Sequence record: OR352942.1
Length of the DNA stretch: 64,000 nt
DNA from: Escherichia phage AV112
Reading direction: 5' to 3' (one strand)
The position numbers and the translations under genes were made by a program. A model generated the notes under the pieces. The model had not been told where the DNA came from. It worked only from the letters and a program-made list of their open reading frames with translations, and made no database searches. Shown here in pieces: positions 10,529 to 22,546 of the stretch (positions are counted from its first letter, which is position 1; each line of letters opens with the position of its first letter).

Positions 10529-12775
10529 ACAAGCAGAACAATCTTCAGCTTTAGGTGTTTCTAATTCATAGTCATCTGTACCCGACCCATCACGAGTGTT
10601 ATGATAGTAGAGGTTTTTTCCGCCAAAGTACCAGAAGTAAAGCAGATCGTCAAGCATTACTGACATTGGCACTTTACCTTTCTCAAATACTGCAGGGTCA
10701 TAGTAAGTATTAGCAGAAGCAGATTGGCACACCCATTTCAACATGATAGCAACTTGGGTCAAATAAGGTTTATTACCTTTCTTAGCAAGTTTCCACGCGT
10801 AGTCGTAAAGACTCATGTTATGTTCTATATTAGGAACAACCTGACGGAAGTTGCCTTCTTTAGATTCTTTAATACTTACTGGACCGCGTGGGGGCTCAAT
10901 CCCGTTTGTAGAGTTTGATACTTGACTGCTTGACTCACAAGGCATGAGTGCAGACAACGTTGAGTTACGAATTCCATGTTCTTTGAGTTCAGCTCGAAGT
11001 TCTTCCCAGTCACAGACGTAGTTCGGGGCTGCAATTTGGTCAATCTTTTTATTGTACCAGTCGATAGGTAATTCGCCTCTAGACCATTTAGTGTCTGAAT
11101 AATACTCGCAACATCCTTTTTCTTTGGCGAGTTTGATTGAAGCTTTGATAAGGCCATATTGCAATCTCTCAAACAATTCATGAGTCAAATCGTTAGCGTC
11201 TTCATATGAAGCAAAGTTAGAAGCTAACCATGCAGCATAGTTCGTAACACCAATACCGAGGTTTCGACGCTTTTTAGCTTTTAAAGCTTCTGGAACCGGA
11301 TAATCTTGATAGTCTAACAGGTTATCAAGTGCACGTACTTGCACTTCGGCAAGTTCATTAATTTTATCTTGGTCTTGCCAATCAAATTTATCTAATACAA
11401 AAGCAGATAATGTGCATAAACCAATTTCAGCATCAGGACCATTCACATCATTAGTTGGAATAGCTATTTCACAACATAAGTTACTCTGACGAATTGGAGC
11501 TTTTTCACGAATAAACGGAGTATAGTTATTCGTATTATCAACAAACTGTGGATAAATTCGAGCAGTGCCAGAACGTTCAGTCATGAACAATTCAAAGAGT
11601 TCTAGTGCTTTGATTCTTTTCTTTCTGATTGTTGGGTCTTTTTCGGCTTTCTCATAAAGCTCACGGAATTTATCTTGATCTTCAAAGAACGAGTAGTATA
11701 GTTCGCCTGACATTTCGTGAGGGCTAAATAAAGTAATATAATCATTTTTACCAAGGCGTTCCATCATGAGGTCATTAATCTGAATTCCGTAGTCCATATG
11801 ACGAATACGGTTTTCATCCACACCTTTGTTATTTTTCAGAACTAATAGGTTCTCTACTTCTAAGTGCCACATCGGATAATACGCTGTAGCAGCACCACCA
11901 CGAATACCACCTTGAGAACAAGATTTTACTGCAGTTTGGAAATGTTTCCAGAATGGAATAACACCTGTATGTCGAACTTCACCCATACCGATCTTAGAAC
12001 CTTCTGCACGAAGCATACCAACGTTAATACCGATACCAGCTCGTTTAGAAATATATTCAATAATTGATGCTGAAGTTTTGTTAATAGATTTTAACGAATC
12101 ACCGGCTTCAATAACTACACAACTAGAGAACTGGCGAGTCGGAGTACGAGCGCCTGCCATAATTGGGGTTGGCAATGAAACTTGATGAGTAGAAACGGCA
12201 TCATAAAAACGAATAATATGTTTCAAACGGTCATGAGTTTCGTCTTGATGTAAGGCCATACCGATAGCCATGATAGCAAACTGTGGAGTTTCATAAATCT
12301 TCCCGGTTGTTTTATCTTTAACTAGATATTTTTCTTTAAGCTGCATAGCGCCAGCATAAGTCAGGTCAAAGTCTCTTTCATGTTTAATCTGTGAATCGAG
12401 ATAAATGATTTCTTCTGCTGAATATTGAGACAACAGCTCAGGGTCGTATTTGCCTTCATTAACACAGTAAGAAATATGGTCGATAAAAGCAGGTGGTTCA
12501 AACTGTCCGTATACATCTTTACGAAGTGCAAACATTAGCCCTTTGGCGGCGACATACTGATAATCAGGTTCTTCGACAGAAATCAAGTTAGCGGCAACTT
12601 TAATACAAATCTTCTGAATATCTTTGGTGCTCATCCCATCAACAAGATGGGTTTTAATTTCTTCGTACAATTCATATGGGTCAATTTGTGTTCCTTCACA
12701 TTGCCAAGTTAATACTTGAATAATTTTCTGTGCATCAAAATTTTGAGATACACCACTGCTCTTAGTTACTTGCAT
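10520..12775 (-). CDS. nrdA: ribonucleotide reductase large subunit
   Basis: 751 aa class Ia R1, ATP-cone N-terminus, C-terminal CSACKL tail. Confidence 0.92.
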   Translation of the reverse strand: MQVTKSSGVSQNFDAQKIIQVLTWQCEGTQIDPYELYEEIKTHLVDGMSTKDIQKICIKVAANLISVEEPDYQYVAAKGLMFALRKDVYGQFEPPAFIDHISYCVNEGKYDPELLSQYSAEEIIYLDSQIKHERDFDLTYAGAMQLKEKYLVKDKTTGKIYETPQFAIMAIGMALHQDETHDRLKHIIRFYDAVSTHQVSLPTPIMAGARTPTRQFSSCVVIEAGDSLKSINKTSASIIEYISKRAGIGINVGMLRAEGSKIGMGEVRHTGVIPFWKHFQTAVKSCSQGGIRGGAATAYYPMWHLEVENLLVLKNNKGVDENRIRHMDYGIQINDLMMERLGKNDYITLFSPHEMSGELYYSFFEDQDKFRELYEKAEKDPTIRKKRIKALELFELFMTERSGTARIYPQFVDNTNNYTPFIREKAPIRQSNLCCEIAIPTNDVNGPDAEIGLCTLSAFVLDKFDWQDQDKINELAEVQVRALDNLLDYQDYPVPEALKAKKRRNLGIGVTNYAAWLASNFASYEDANDLTHELFERLQYGLIKASIKLAKEKGCCEYYSDTKWSRGELPIDWYNKKIDQIAAPNYVCDWEELRAELKEHGIRNSTLSALMPCESSSQVSNSTNGIEPPRGPVSIKESKEGNFRQVVPNIEHNMSLYDYAWKLAKKGNKPYLTQVAIMLKWVCQSASANTYYDPAVFEKGKVPMSVMLDDLLYFWYFGGKNLYYHNTRDGSGTDDYELETPKAEDCSACKL

Positions 12776-12862
12776 ACATTCCTCAGTACAGGTTGGTAGA
12801 CATTACTCCAAACGGGATAGTATTTATCCCGTTAATTTATTATACACTTTTAAACTGAAGCG

Positions 12863-13117
12863 TTAATTATCCTCAGCAATAATTTCTTCGTATTCTTTAG
12901 GTGTCAAGACTGTGATATCGAAATAAACCAACGGTTCTTTTTCTATACCGTAACCACCACAAAATTCACGATATTCATAAATTCGTTCGTGTGAATAGCA
13001 AATAAATCGTTCACCTTTAACTGTGATTTCACTATTCGGTGAAGGGATATCCAGTTCGGTAGGATTTTTCATTTCAAAAATTGTGGTGCCATATGAATTA
13101 ATAAAACGTAAAATCAT
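12863..13117 (-). CDS. hypothetical protein (84 aa)
   Basis: ORF between td and nrdA. Confidence 0.5.
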   Translation of the reverse strand: MILRFINSYGTTIFEMKNPTELDIPSPNSEITVKGERFICYSHERIYEYREFCGGYGIEKEPLVYFDITVLTPKEYEEIIAEDN

Positions 13118-13118
13118 T

Positions 13119-14829
<1,711 letters not shown>

Positions 14830-14846
14830 TTTTATTTGATAGGACT

Positions 14847-14876
14847 ACTATAACATAGCCCTATCTTGTTGTAAAC
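14847..14876 (-). promoter_or_regulatory. T4-type early promoter
   Basis: minus-strand GTTTAC, 18 nt, TG-T-TATAGT. Confidence 0.5.
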
Positions 14877-15268
14877 TACTTTTTAAAAGTTTTTTGCAAA
14901 AGTTTGATGATTTCGTCGACGTTGGTTTCATCTACGATACAATGTATTTTTGTTACACCTAAAGTTATACCTTCGTTAGTAGGTTGAGGTTTTACTAAAT
15001 CTACCTCAGTAAAGTATTTGAACTCATCATAATAAATCTCAAAATAAGTTTCAATTTCACCACCGGCAGAACATACAGTACCGTCTTCCATAGTTACACT
15101 TACTACGTTTGGCGTATCGCCATCATAATCAGGTTCCATTCCGTTTACAACAAAACTAGGCCCGTGGAGTTCAATCAATTTTAACATCTTAGCGTTATTG
15201 TGTGGTGCTTCTTGAACAAAATCGTCTTTAAACAAAGGGTTAATGATATAAGATTTTCCGATTTCCAT
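14876..15268 (-). CDS. hypothetical protein (130 aa)
   Basis: ORF between gene 32 and frd. Confidence 0.5.
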   Translation of the reverse strand: MEIGKSYIINPLFKDDFVQEAPHNNAKMLKLIELHGPSFVVNGMEPDYDGDTPNVVSVTMEDGTVCSAGGEIETYFEIYYDEFKYFTEVDLVKPQPTNEGITLGVTKIHCIVDETNVDEIIKLLQKTFKK

Positions 15269-15297
15269 TTTGATTTCCTCATGTCGTTGATAGAACT

Positions 15298-15326
15298 ATA
15301 ATATCACATCTAGTGAAGAAGTAAAC
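15298..15326 (-). promoter_or_regulatory. T4-type early promoter
   Basis: minus-strand GTTTAC, 17 nt, TATTAT. Confidence 0.45.
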
Positions 15327-15357
15327 AACTTTTTTGGCAATTTACAGATACTCAAAA

Positions 15358-15375
15358 GGGAGACCGAAGTCTCCC
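15358..15375 (-). terminator. UUCG-tetraloop hairpin terminator after gene 32
   Basis: GGGAGAC-UUCG-GUCUCCC on minus RNA then U-tract, 7 nt past gene 32 stop. Confidence 0.65.
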
Positions 15376-15381
15376 GATTTA

Positions 15382-16281
15382 TTATAGACCAGCTAACAGG
15401 TCATCGAGGTCGCCATCATCAGAGGATGAGGTACTCATGAAGTCATCTTCAGTTTTTGCAGAACTAAAGGCTTCCATGTCTTTATCAAAATCGTCAAGGT
15501 CAGAAGCAACTTTATCTGCAACAGAAGCTGCTGCGGCTGCTGCACCACCAAGAGCGGCAGTACCAAGAACTTGATTAAATTTAGTATTCAATTCTTCAAA
15601 CGATTTGAACTTATCTTTAGAAGTCATTTCAGAAAGGTCAACCATTTGTTCGAACAATTCTTTCTGGAAAGATTCATCATCAATGTTTGGAATCGCAGAT
15701 TGATTCAGGAATTTAGATTCGTCGTAGTTACTGAAACCAGAAACCTGTTTAACTTTCAGTACAAAGTTAGCACCTTCCCATGGGCAAGTTACATCAACAG
15801 GAGTTTCACCCATTTCAGTATCGACTGCAATCATTGCATTGATTTTGTCCCAAATCTTTTTACCAAAACGGTATTTGAATACTTTACCTTCATTGTCTGG
15901 AGCTTGTGGGTCTTTAACAACCAGGATATTAGCCCAATAAGAAGTTTTACGTTTCAGTTGAGAATATTCTGTTTTGTTTGTATTGTACAGATCATTTTTA
16001 CTAATGTACTGACATACTGGACAAGAGTCATAATCGCCGTGTGTAGATGAACAGGTTTCAATATACCATTTGCCGTTTTTCTTGAACCCGTGGTTAACAA
16101 GAATTGCAAACGGAAGTGCGTCATCTGTTTTTGCCGGCAGGAAACGAATTACCGCTTGACCATTACCGGATGCATCGAGTTTCAGCTTCCATTCACCTTT
16201 ATCTTCTGAAGAGAAACCTTTGTTACCATTCAGTTTAGCCATCTGAGCTGCGAGGTCTGCGGTACTTTTACGTTTAAACAT
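15382..16281 (-). CDS. 32: gp32 single-stranded DNA-binding protein
   Basis: 299 aa, near-colinear with T4 gp32; acidic Ser/Asp-rich C-terminus. Confidence 0.92.
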   Translation of the reverse strand: MFKRKSTADLAAQMAKLNGNKGFSSEDKGEWKLKLDASGNGQAVIRFLPAKTDDALPFAILVNHGFKKNGKWYIETCSSTHGDYDSCPVCQYISKNDLYNTNKTEYSQLKRKTSYWANILVVKDPQAPDNEGKVFKYRFGKKIWDKINAMIAVDTEMGETPVDVTCPWEGANFVLKVKQVSGFSNYDESKFLNQSAIPNIDDESFQKELFEQMVDLSEMTSKDKFKSFEELNTKFNQVLGTAALGGAAAAAASVADKVASDLDDFDKDMEAFSSAKTEDDFMSTSSSDDGDLDDLLAGL

Positions 16282-16335
16282 TTTATTTGCCTTTATTTAG
16301 ATTATTAATTAAATTTTACAGTTGGTTGCTACGAC
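16282..16335 (-). promoter_or_regulatory. gene 32 A/U-rich 5' leader (probable translational operator)
   Basis: unstructured AAAAUUUAAUUAAUAAUCUAAAUAAA leader upstream of gene 32 start, as in T4 autoregulatory site. Confidence 0.35.
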
Positions 16336-16361
16336 ACTTATACCTCGTAGCTGGTATGTTT

Positions 16362-16369
16362 TATTTATA
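16362..16369 (-). promoter_or_regulatory. late promoter (TATAAATA) upstream of gene 32
   Basis: exact TATAAATA on minus strand about 80 nt upstream of gene 32 ATG. Confidence 0.4.
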
Positions 16370-16398
16370 CGGTAATTCTAACACACAAGAAATAAAGC

Positions 16399-17052
16399 TT
16401 AATACTTACATGATTTGATTGTTTCTATGAACAATTTCTTAGCAGCATTTCCATCGATTTGAAGTATTTTTCGATATGCCTTTAATTTGGTAGAATAATT
16501 TTGCCAGACTAAGTTATCGGTGAGTTCGTCGTGCTTATCTATAATATTCAAAAATGAGTCCAACAATAAGAAAGTCTCAAATGAAATTATATTGCTTTGT
16601 AGCAATTTGAATATGTAGCTCGACTGAACGTTGTTATTATAATCAAATATCTCTTGAAGCGCACTAACTTCAACTTTCTTACTGAAATAGTAGATGTTAC
16701 GCACGTCTTCAGCAAACGTCTCCTTGGCTTGTTTGAGACGTCCAATATATTCCCTATAGAAAACTAATGCATCAGCGTCTGATATCTCACCAATCCATGC
16801 GTCTTGGTTAGCAACTAAGTTGCTTATGAATATCAAGGTGAGTTCCTTCAATTTATATTTCTCTGATAGTTTTTCAAAGAAATATTTATCTCGGCGTTTT
16901 TGATACGCATTATCCGAAACACGCATGCACCAGTTATATTTGATTACGTCATACCGACCATTAAAATGTTGTTTGCACATCAAGTACAGTTTGTATACCG
17001 ATTTTCCGTTAATATAACGTTCTCCATCAGGAGGCATGCGTATTTTAATCAT
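16399..17052 (-). CDS. 59: gp59 helicase-loading protein
   Basis: 217 aa, near-colinear with T4 gp59. Confidence 0.9.
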   Translation of the reverse strand: MIKIRMPPDGERYINGKSVYKLYLMCKQHFNGRYDVIKYNWCMRVSDNAYQKRRDKYFFEKLSEKYKLKELTLIFISNLVANQDAWIGEISDADALVFYREYIGRLKQAKETFAEDVRNIYYFSKKVEVSALQEIFDYNNNVQSSYIFKLLQSNIISFETFLLLDSFLNIIDKHDELTDNLVWQNYSTKLKAYRKILQIDGNAAKKLFIETIKSCKY

Positions 17053-17387
17053 AATAAGAAATCTAACGTATTAGTTTTTTCACCACGAGCAACTGATGGG
17101 CGAAGCATGTTTTCGTCAATTGCTTCGCTTGTAATTTTTTCAACAATTCCTGTAGGAATAAATTTAGCAAATTGTGTTTCTGGAATAGAATTTTCTTCTA
17201 AGAAAGCAGTTGTTGCTTCTAAATAAGACATACCAAATTGTTCAACCATGGATTCGATAATGAATCCATTTTCTTGTCGGTCAAGCAATTTAGCGATATC
17301 ATCTTTATCGTGTTTTACTGCTAATTCTTGTTCAGATAAACCGGCCTCATCAACCGGCTTAATATCACTTAGTGAAAACTGTGTCAT
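17049..17387 (-). CDS. 33: gp33 late-transcription co-activator
   Basis: 112 aa; synteny 59-33-dsbA. Confidence 0.75.
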   Translation of the reverse strand: MTQFSLSDIKPVDEAGLSEQELAVKHDKDDIAKLLDRQENGFIIESMVEQFGMSYLEATTAFLEENSIPETQFAKFIPTGIVEKITSEAIDENMLRPSVARGEKTNTLDFLL

Positions 17388-17652
17388 AAAGCTCGACTAC
17401 CTCTTTGTTTTCAGCTTCAAATTGGTCACGAGCGTCTTTATGATAAAGAGCTAACAAACGATTAAACATTTTTCCATCGACGCCAAGCTCTTCTTTAGCA
17501 CGAGTACGAATGTCTTTAATCAGTTCATTATAACCAGAAATTTTAAGTTTGTTATCGGAAGCTTCCTTGACTAGTTTAGCCAGTTCTTCACCATGCACAT
17601 CTTGATTAAATTCAACTGCTTCTTTCTTAGCCATGTTTACCTCAGAATTCAT
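17365..17652 (-). CDS. dsbA: double-stranded DNA-binding protein
   Basis: 95 aa; synteny. Confidence 0.7.
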   Translation of the reverse strand: MNSEVNMAKKEAVEFNQDVHGEELAKLVKEASDNKLKISGYNELIKDIRTRAKEELGVDGKMFNRLLALYHKDARDQFEAENKEVVELYDTVFTK

Positions 17653-18559
17653 TAATTACACTTGTTAATTTAGAAAGACCAGATTTTACAAAGTATGAAT
17701 AAATCTTGCCTTTAGGTTGTGGTTTATATGAGTTATAATACTCTATAATGGTTGAAGCAATATTATCAGGGATATAATCAAAATCAATGAGAACCAAATT
17801 TTCTTGATACCGTTTATATTCTTCTGCACTTAATAATACTTCAGCTTGAGAACGGTCATTGGCAATTGCTTCAATAATCGTTGTTTTCATGCTCGGAGTT
17901 CGTTCACCATCAACTCTGGTAAACCAGAAGTCGCCGCGAACTCGAACAGATGCAACGCCGTCTTTACGGTCACCTTTAAGAATTTTAGTCATGCAATCAA
18001 TTTCAGCAGAACCATTCTTAATTTTAACCCATTTTTTCTGTGGTGGCGACCACTGTTTAACGTTAGGATATTTGTGTAATTGTGTAAAGTCGCCATCTGA
18101 TGCAACAATACATACCTTATGTCCAGCTAATGACAAATATTTAGTTAATACACCGATATGGTCATCCGCTTCATATTTGTCGATATCCATTACAACGTAT
18201 GGCATGTATTTCTTAATCTCATCAACAACTTGACGGAGTGCAGTAAAATATCCTTCCCAATCCCACTTTGAAGCTTCACGATCGGTTTTACGATTTTTCT
18301 TGTAATAGTAAGCAAAGTCACGACGCCAATAACCTGAAGTAGCATTATCCATACACAATACAAATTTTGTATAGCCTTGCTTACGGAACATCACTACGTT
18401 TTTACGAATTGAATTCAAGATTACATGGCGAACCATCGGAACAGTAATTTTATCACCGTCTTCAAAGTTGTTTAATGCAGCTGCTAATGCAATGTTACTA
18501 AAGTCGGCAAGTGCAATACCTTCTTTGTAATCTTCATCCAACATCATTTCTAAATCCAT
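17642..18559 (-). CDS. rnh: RNase H (5'-3' exonuclease, FEN family)
   Basis: 305 aa; acidic metal-binding clusters; synteny. Confidence 0.85.
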   Translation of the reverse strand: MDLEMMLDEDYKEGIALADFSNIALAAALNNFEDGDKITVPMVRHVILNSIRKNVVMFRKQGYTKFVLCMDNATSGYWRRDFAYYYKKNRKTDREASKWDWEGYFTALRQVVDEIKKYMPYVVMDIDKYEADDHIGVLTKYLSLAGHKVCIVASDGDFTQLHKYPNVKQWSPPQKKWVKIKNGSAEIDCMTKILKGDRKDGVASVRVRGDFWFTRVDGERTPSMKTTIIEAIANDRSQAEVLLSAEEYKRYQENLVLIDFDYIPDNIASTIIEYYNSYKPQPKGKIYSYFVKSGLSKLTSVINEF

Positions 18560-18624
18560 ATGAACCTCTTGTTCAGTTAGTCAACTTGACTATAGTAACA
18601 TACTCATTTGAAAGCGTAAACTGG

Positions 18625-18632
18625 TATAAATA
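18625..18632 (+). promoter_or_regulatory. late promoter TATAAATA for gene 34
   Basis: exact TATAAATA 30 nt upstream of gene 34 ATG. Confidence 0.7.
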
Positions 18633-18662
18633 AGTATTATTGAAACAATAAAGGAAAAACGA

Positions 18663-21600
18663 ATGGCCGACATCAAACGTAAGTTCAGAGCCGAAGACGG
18701 TCTGGACGCCGGTGGCGACAAGATTGTTAACGTAGCATTAGCCGACCGTACAGTAGGTACTGATGGCGTAAACGTTGACTTCCTGGTACAAGAAAACACC
18801 GTTCAAGTATATGATTCTACGCGCGGATATAACAAAGGATTTGTTGTTCTTTATGACAACCGTTTATATCAAGCAATAAATGATATCGTGTCTCCTTCCG
18901 GGGCATTTAACCTTTTACAATGGCGTGCAGTTCGTACCGATGCACAATGGATAACTGTCTCTTCTGGGACTTATCAACTTTCTTCAGGTGAATCGATTTC
19001 GGTTAACACTGGTGCCGGCAATGATATGGTTTTCACATTGCCAAATGCGCCGGTTGATGGTGACACTGTTGTTTTGGCTGATATTGGTGGAAGAACCGGG
19101 ACAGTTAAAGTACAGATTAACGCGTCTGTGCAGAGTATTTTAAACTTTAGAGGTGAACAAGTTCGTACAGTTTTAATGACGCGCCCACGTTCACAACTAT
19201 TGTTTGTGTTTAGTAATCGTTTGTGGCAGATGTATATTACCGATTATGGTAAAGAATCAATCACTGTTACACCTGCGGCACCATATCAAGCACAAGCAAA
19301 TGATTTTATCGTTCGTCGTTTTACTAGTGCAGCACCAATCAACATTACACTTCCACGTAATGCTAACAATGGTGATATAATCAGCCTAGTCGATTTAGAT
19401 AGATTAAACCCACTGTATCATACAATTGTTAAAACATTTGATGATACAACGTCTATTGGTGAAGTCGGGACTCATATTGCCGAAGGCAGAAATGACTCTG
19501 ACGCGTTTTTTGTTTTTGATGCTGCAAATAGTTTATGGCGTATATGGGAAGGCGACCAGAAATCGCGTCTTCGTATTATCCGTGTGGATTCAAATATTCG
19601 TCCAAATGAAGAAGTTCTTATTTTTGGCACAAATAACGCTACAGCCGGAACTATTAATCTTACGCTGCCTTCTGGAATTTTGAGTGGTGACACCGTTAAA
19701 ATTTCAATGAACTACATGCGTAAAGGCCAAACAGTAAAAATTAAAGCTGCCGAAGGTGATACAATTGCTTCTTCTGTTGCGTTGCTTCAGTTCCCTAAAC
19801 GTTCGGAGTATCCACCTGATGCACAATGGGTCTCTGTTACTGAACTAGAATTCAATGGCACTACTTCATATGTTCCTGTATTAGAATTAGCGTATATCGA
19901 AGACACCGTTGCTGGTACGCGTTATTGGGTTGTTAAACAAAACGTCCCAACTGTAGAACGTGTCGATGCTGGAACTGATACAACTAGAGCTCGTGTAGGT
20001 GTTATTGCTCTTGCAACTCAGGCACAGGCAAATGTTGATTTTGAAAATTCTCCGGCTAAAGAAGTTGCTATTACTCCTGAAACGTTGGCAAATCGTACAG
20101 CAACTGAAGCTCGACGTGGTATCGCCAAAATTGCTACAACAGCACAAGTTAACCAGAATTCCACAGCAACATTTGTAGACGATACTATTGTTACGCCTAA
20201 AAAATTAAATGAGCGTACAGCAACTGAAACTCGTCGCGGTCTTGCTGAAATTGCTACTCAGACTGAAACCGATGCTGGTCTTGATGACACAACGATTATT
20301 ACGCCTAAGAAATTACAGGCACGTCAGGGTTCCGAAACACTATCGGGTATAGTTAAATATGTATCAACTACTTCTGCTACTCCTGCCGAAACTCGTGGGG
20401 CTGCAGGCACTAATGTTTATAATAAAACCGTAAATAATTTAACTATTTCTCCTAAAGCCCTTGACCAATATAAAGCAACTTACGCCCAACAAGGTGCAGT
20501 AATTTTAGCTATTGATAGTGAAGTAATTGCTGGACAATCTCAGTCTGGATACTCTCATGCTGTAGTAACTCCTGAAACACTACATAAGAAAACTTCTACT
20601 GATGGACGTATTGGTTTAATTGAAATTGCTACGCAAGCAGAAACTAATGCTGGGACTGATTATACACGTGCAGTAACGCCTAAGACGTTAAATGATAGGA
20701 GAGCGACGGAAGGATTATCCGGCATAGCCGAAATTGCTACGCAAGTTGAATTTGATACTGGAACTGATGATACTCGTATCTCGACTCCACTGAAAATTAA
20801 AACTCATTTTGATTCTTCTGACCGTACCAGTGTTAATTCTGATTCCGGACTTATTGAAGAAGGAACCTTGTGGAACCATTATACTCTTGATATTTCTAAA
20901 GCAAATGAAACACAACGTGGTACACTTCGCGTAGCGACCCAGGCAGAATCTAATGCAGGAACTTTAGATGATGTTCTTATTACTCCTAAAAAGCTTTTAG
21001 GGACTAAGTCCACTGAAACGTCTGAAGGTGTAATCAAGGTTGCAACCCAGTCTGAAACTGTGACTGGAACGTCAGCGAACACTGCTGTATCTCCTAAGAA
21101 TTTAAAATGGATTGTGCAGAGTGAACCAACATGGGCTGCTACTACAGCAATTCGCGGATTCGTTAAAACTTCATCCGGTTCTATTACATTCGTTGGTAAT
21201 GATACAGTCGGTTCTACACAAAACTTAGAGCTATACGAGAAAAATAGCTATGCAGTATCACCGTATGAATTAAACCGTGTATTGGCAAATTACTTGCCAT
21301 TAAAAGCAAAAGCTGCTGACGCAAATTTATTAGATGGCCTAGATTCATCTCAGTTCATTCGTAGGGACATTGCACAGACGGTTAATGGTTCACTAACCTT
21401 AACCCAACAAACGAATCTGAGTGCCCCTCTTGTATCATCTAGTACGGCTACGTTTGGTGGTTCGGTATCTGCTAATAGTACATTAACTATTTCTAATACA
21501 GGTGCTTCAACTCGCTTAATATTTGAAAAAGGTCCACAAACTGGAAACAACCCTGCTCAGGCGATGAATATCCGTGTATGGGGTAACCAATTCGCCGGCG

Positions 21601-22538
21601 GTTCTGATACATCTCGTGCTACGATATTTGAAGTTGGTGATGAAACATCTAACCACTTTTATTCACAACGGGATAACCTTGGTAATATTACTTTCAGCAT
21701 CAACGGTACAGTTCGGCCGATTAATGTTAATGCATCCGGAACATTGAATGCTAATGGTGCGGCAACATTTGGACGTTCGGTGACAGCACAGGGTGAATTT
21801 ATAACCTATAGTGCAAACGCATTCAGAGCAATTAGTGGTAATTACGGATTCTTTATTCGTAATGATGCTGTTAATACCTATTTTATGCTTACTGCATCAG
21901 GTGATCAGACTGGCGGATTTAATGGATTACGTCCTTTAGCTATTAATAATGCATCCGGCCAAGTAACGATTGGTGAAAGCTTAATCATTGCCAAAGGTGC
22001 TACTATAAATTCAGATGGTTTAACTGTTAACTCGAGAATTCGTTCTCAGGGCACTAAAACCGCTGATTTATACACCCGTGCACCGACATCTGATACTGTA
22101 GGATTCTGGTCAATTGACATTAATGATTCAGCTACTTATAACCAATTCCCGGGTTATTTTAAAATGGTTGAAAAAACTAATGAAGTGACTGGGCTTCCAT
22201 ACTTAGAACGTGGCGAAGAAGTTAAATCTCCTGGTACATTGACTCAGTTTGGTAATACACTTGATTCACTTTACCAAGATTGGATTACTTATCCAACAAC
22301 TCCAGAAGCACGTACAACCCGTTGGACACGTACATGGCAGAAAACTAAAAATTCTTGGTCGAGTTTTGTTCAGGTATTTGATGGCGGAAACCCTCCTCAA
22401 CCTTCTGATATTGGCGCTTTACCTTCTGATAATGCAACAATCGGAAACTTGACAATAAGGGATTTCTTAAGGATTGGTAATGTTCGCATTATTCCAGACC
22501 CTGTGAATAAAACTGTTAAATTTGAGTGGATTGAATAA
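18663..22538 (+). CDS. 34: gp34 long tail fiber proximal subunit
   Basis: 1291 aa (T4 gp34 about 1289); internal ~35-aa repeats (RRG-IA-IATQ...TPKKL). Confidence 0.92.
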   Translation: MADIKRKFRAEDGLDAGGDKIVNVALADRTVGTDGVNVDFLVQENTVQVYDSTRGYNKGFVVLYDNRLYQAINDIVSPSGAFNLLQWRAVRTDAQWITVSSGTYQLSSGESISVNTGAGNDMVFTLPNAPVDGDTVVLADIGGRTGTVKVQINASVQSILNFRGEQVRTVLMTRPRSQLLFVFSNRLWQMYITDYGKESITVTPAAPYQAQANDFIVRRFTSAAPINITLPRNANNGDIISLVDLDRLNPLYHTIVKTFDDTTSIGEVGTHIAEGRNDSDAFFVFDAANSLWRIWEGDQKSRLRIIRVDSNIRPNEEVLIFGTNNATAGTINLTLPSGILSGDTVKISMNYMRKGQTVKIKAAEGDTIASSVALLQFPKRSEYPPDAQWVSVTELEFNGTTSYVPVLELAYIEDTVAGTRYWVVKQNVPTVERVDAGTDTTRARVGVIALATQAQANVDFENSPAKEVAITPETLANRTATEARRGIAKIATTAQVNQNSTATFVDDTIVTPKKLNERTATETRRGLAEIATQTETDAGLDDTTIITPKKLQARQGSETLSGIVKYVSTTSATPAETRGAAGTNVYNKTVNNLTISPKALDQYKATYAQQGAVILAIDSEVIAGQSQSGYSHAVVTPETLHKKTSTDGRIGLIEIATQAETNAGTDYTRAVTPKTLNDRRATEGLSGIAEIATQVEFDTGTDDTRISTPLKIKTHFDSSDRTSVNSDSGLIEEGTLWNHYTLDISKANETQRGTLRVATQAESNAGTLDDVLITPKKLLGTKSTETSEGVIKVATQSETVTGTSANTAVSPKNLKWIVQSEPTWAATTAIRGFVKTSSGSITFVGNDTVGSTQNLELYEKNSYAVSPYELNRVLANYLPLKAKAADANLLDGLDSSQFIRRDIAQTVNGSLTLTQQTNLSAPLVSSSTATFGGSVSANSTLTISNTGASTRLIFEKGPQTGNNPAQAMNIRVWGNQFAGGSDTSRATIFEVGDETSNHFYSQRDNLGNITFSINGTVRPINVNASGTLNANGAATFGRSVTAQGEFITYSANAFRAISGNYGFFIRNDAVNTYFMLTASGDQTGGFNGLRPLAINNASGQVTIGESLIIAKGATINSDGLTVNSRIRSQGTKTADLYTRAPTSDTVGFWSIDINDSATYNQFPGYFKMVEKTNEVTGLPYLERGEEVKSPGTLTQFGNTLDSLYQDWITYPTTPEARTTRWTRTWQKTKNSWSSFVQVFDGGNPPQPSDIGALPSDNATIGNLTIRDFLRIGNVRIIPDPVNKTVKFEWIE

Positions 22539-22546
22539 GAGGTATT

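Noticed and set aside
19980-21125. Periodic DNA repeats that could suggest a CRISPR array or satellite
   Set aside because: Repeats are in-frame coding repeats of gp34 with no spacer structure; no CRISPR repeat-spacer architecture anywhere in the window.
19426-21550. Several 66-86 aa ORFs on either strand inside gene 34, and 25090..25652 and 26870..27061 inside gene 37
   Set aside because: Embedded in long, confidently identified tail-fibre genes; chance ORFs.
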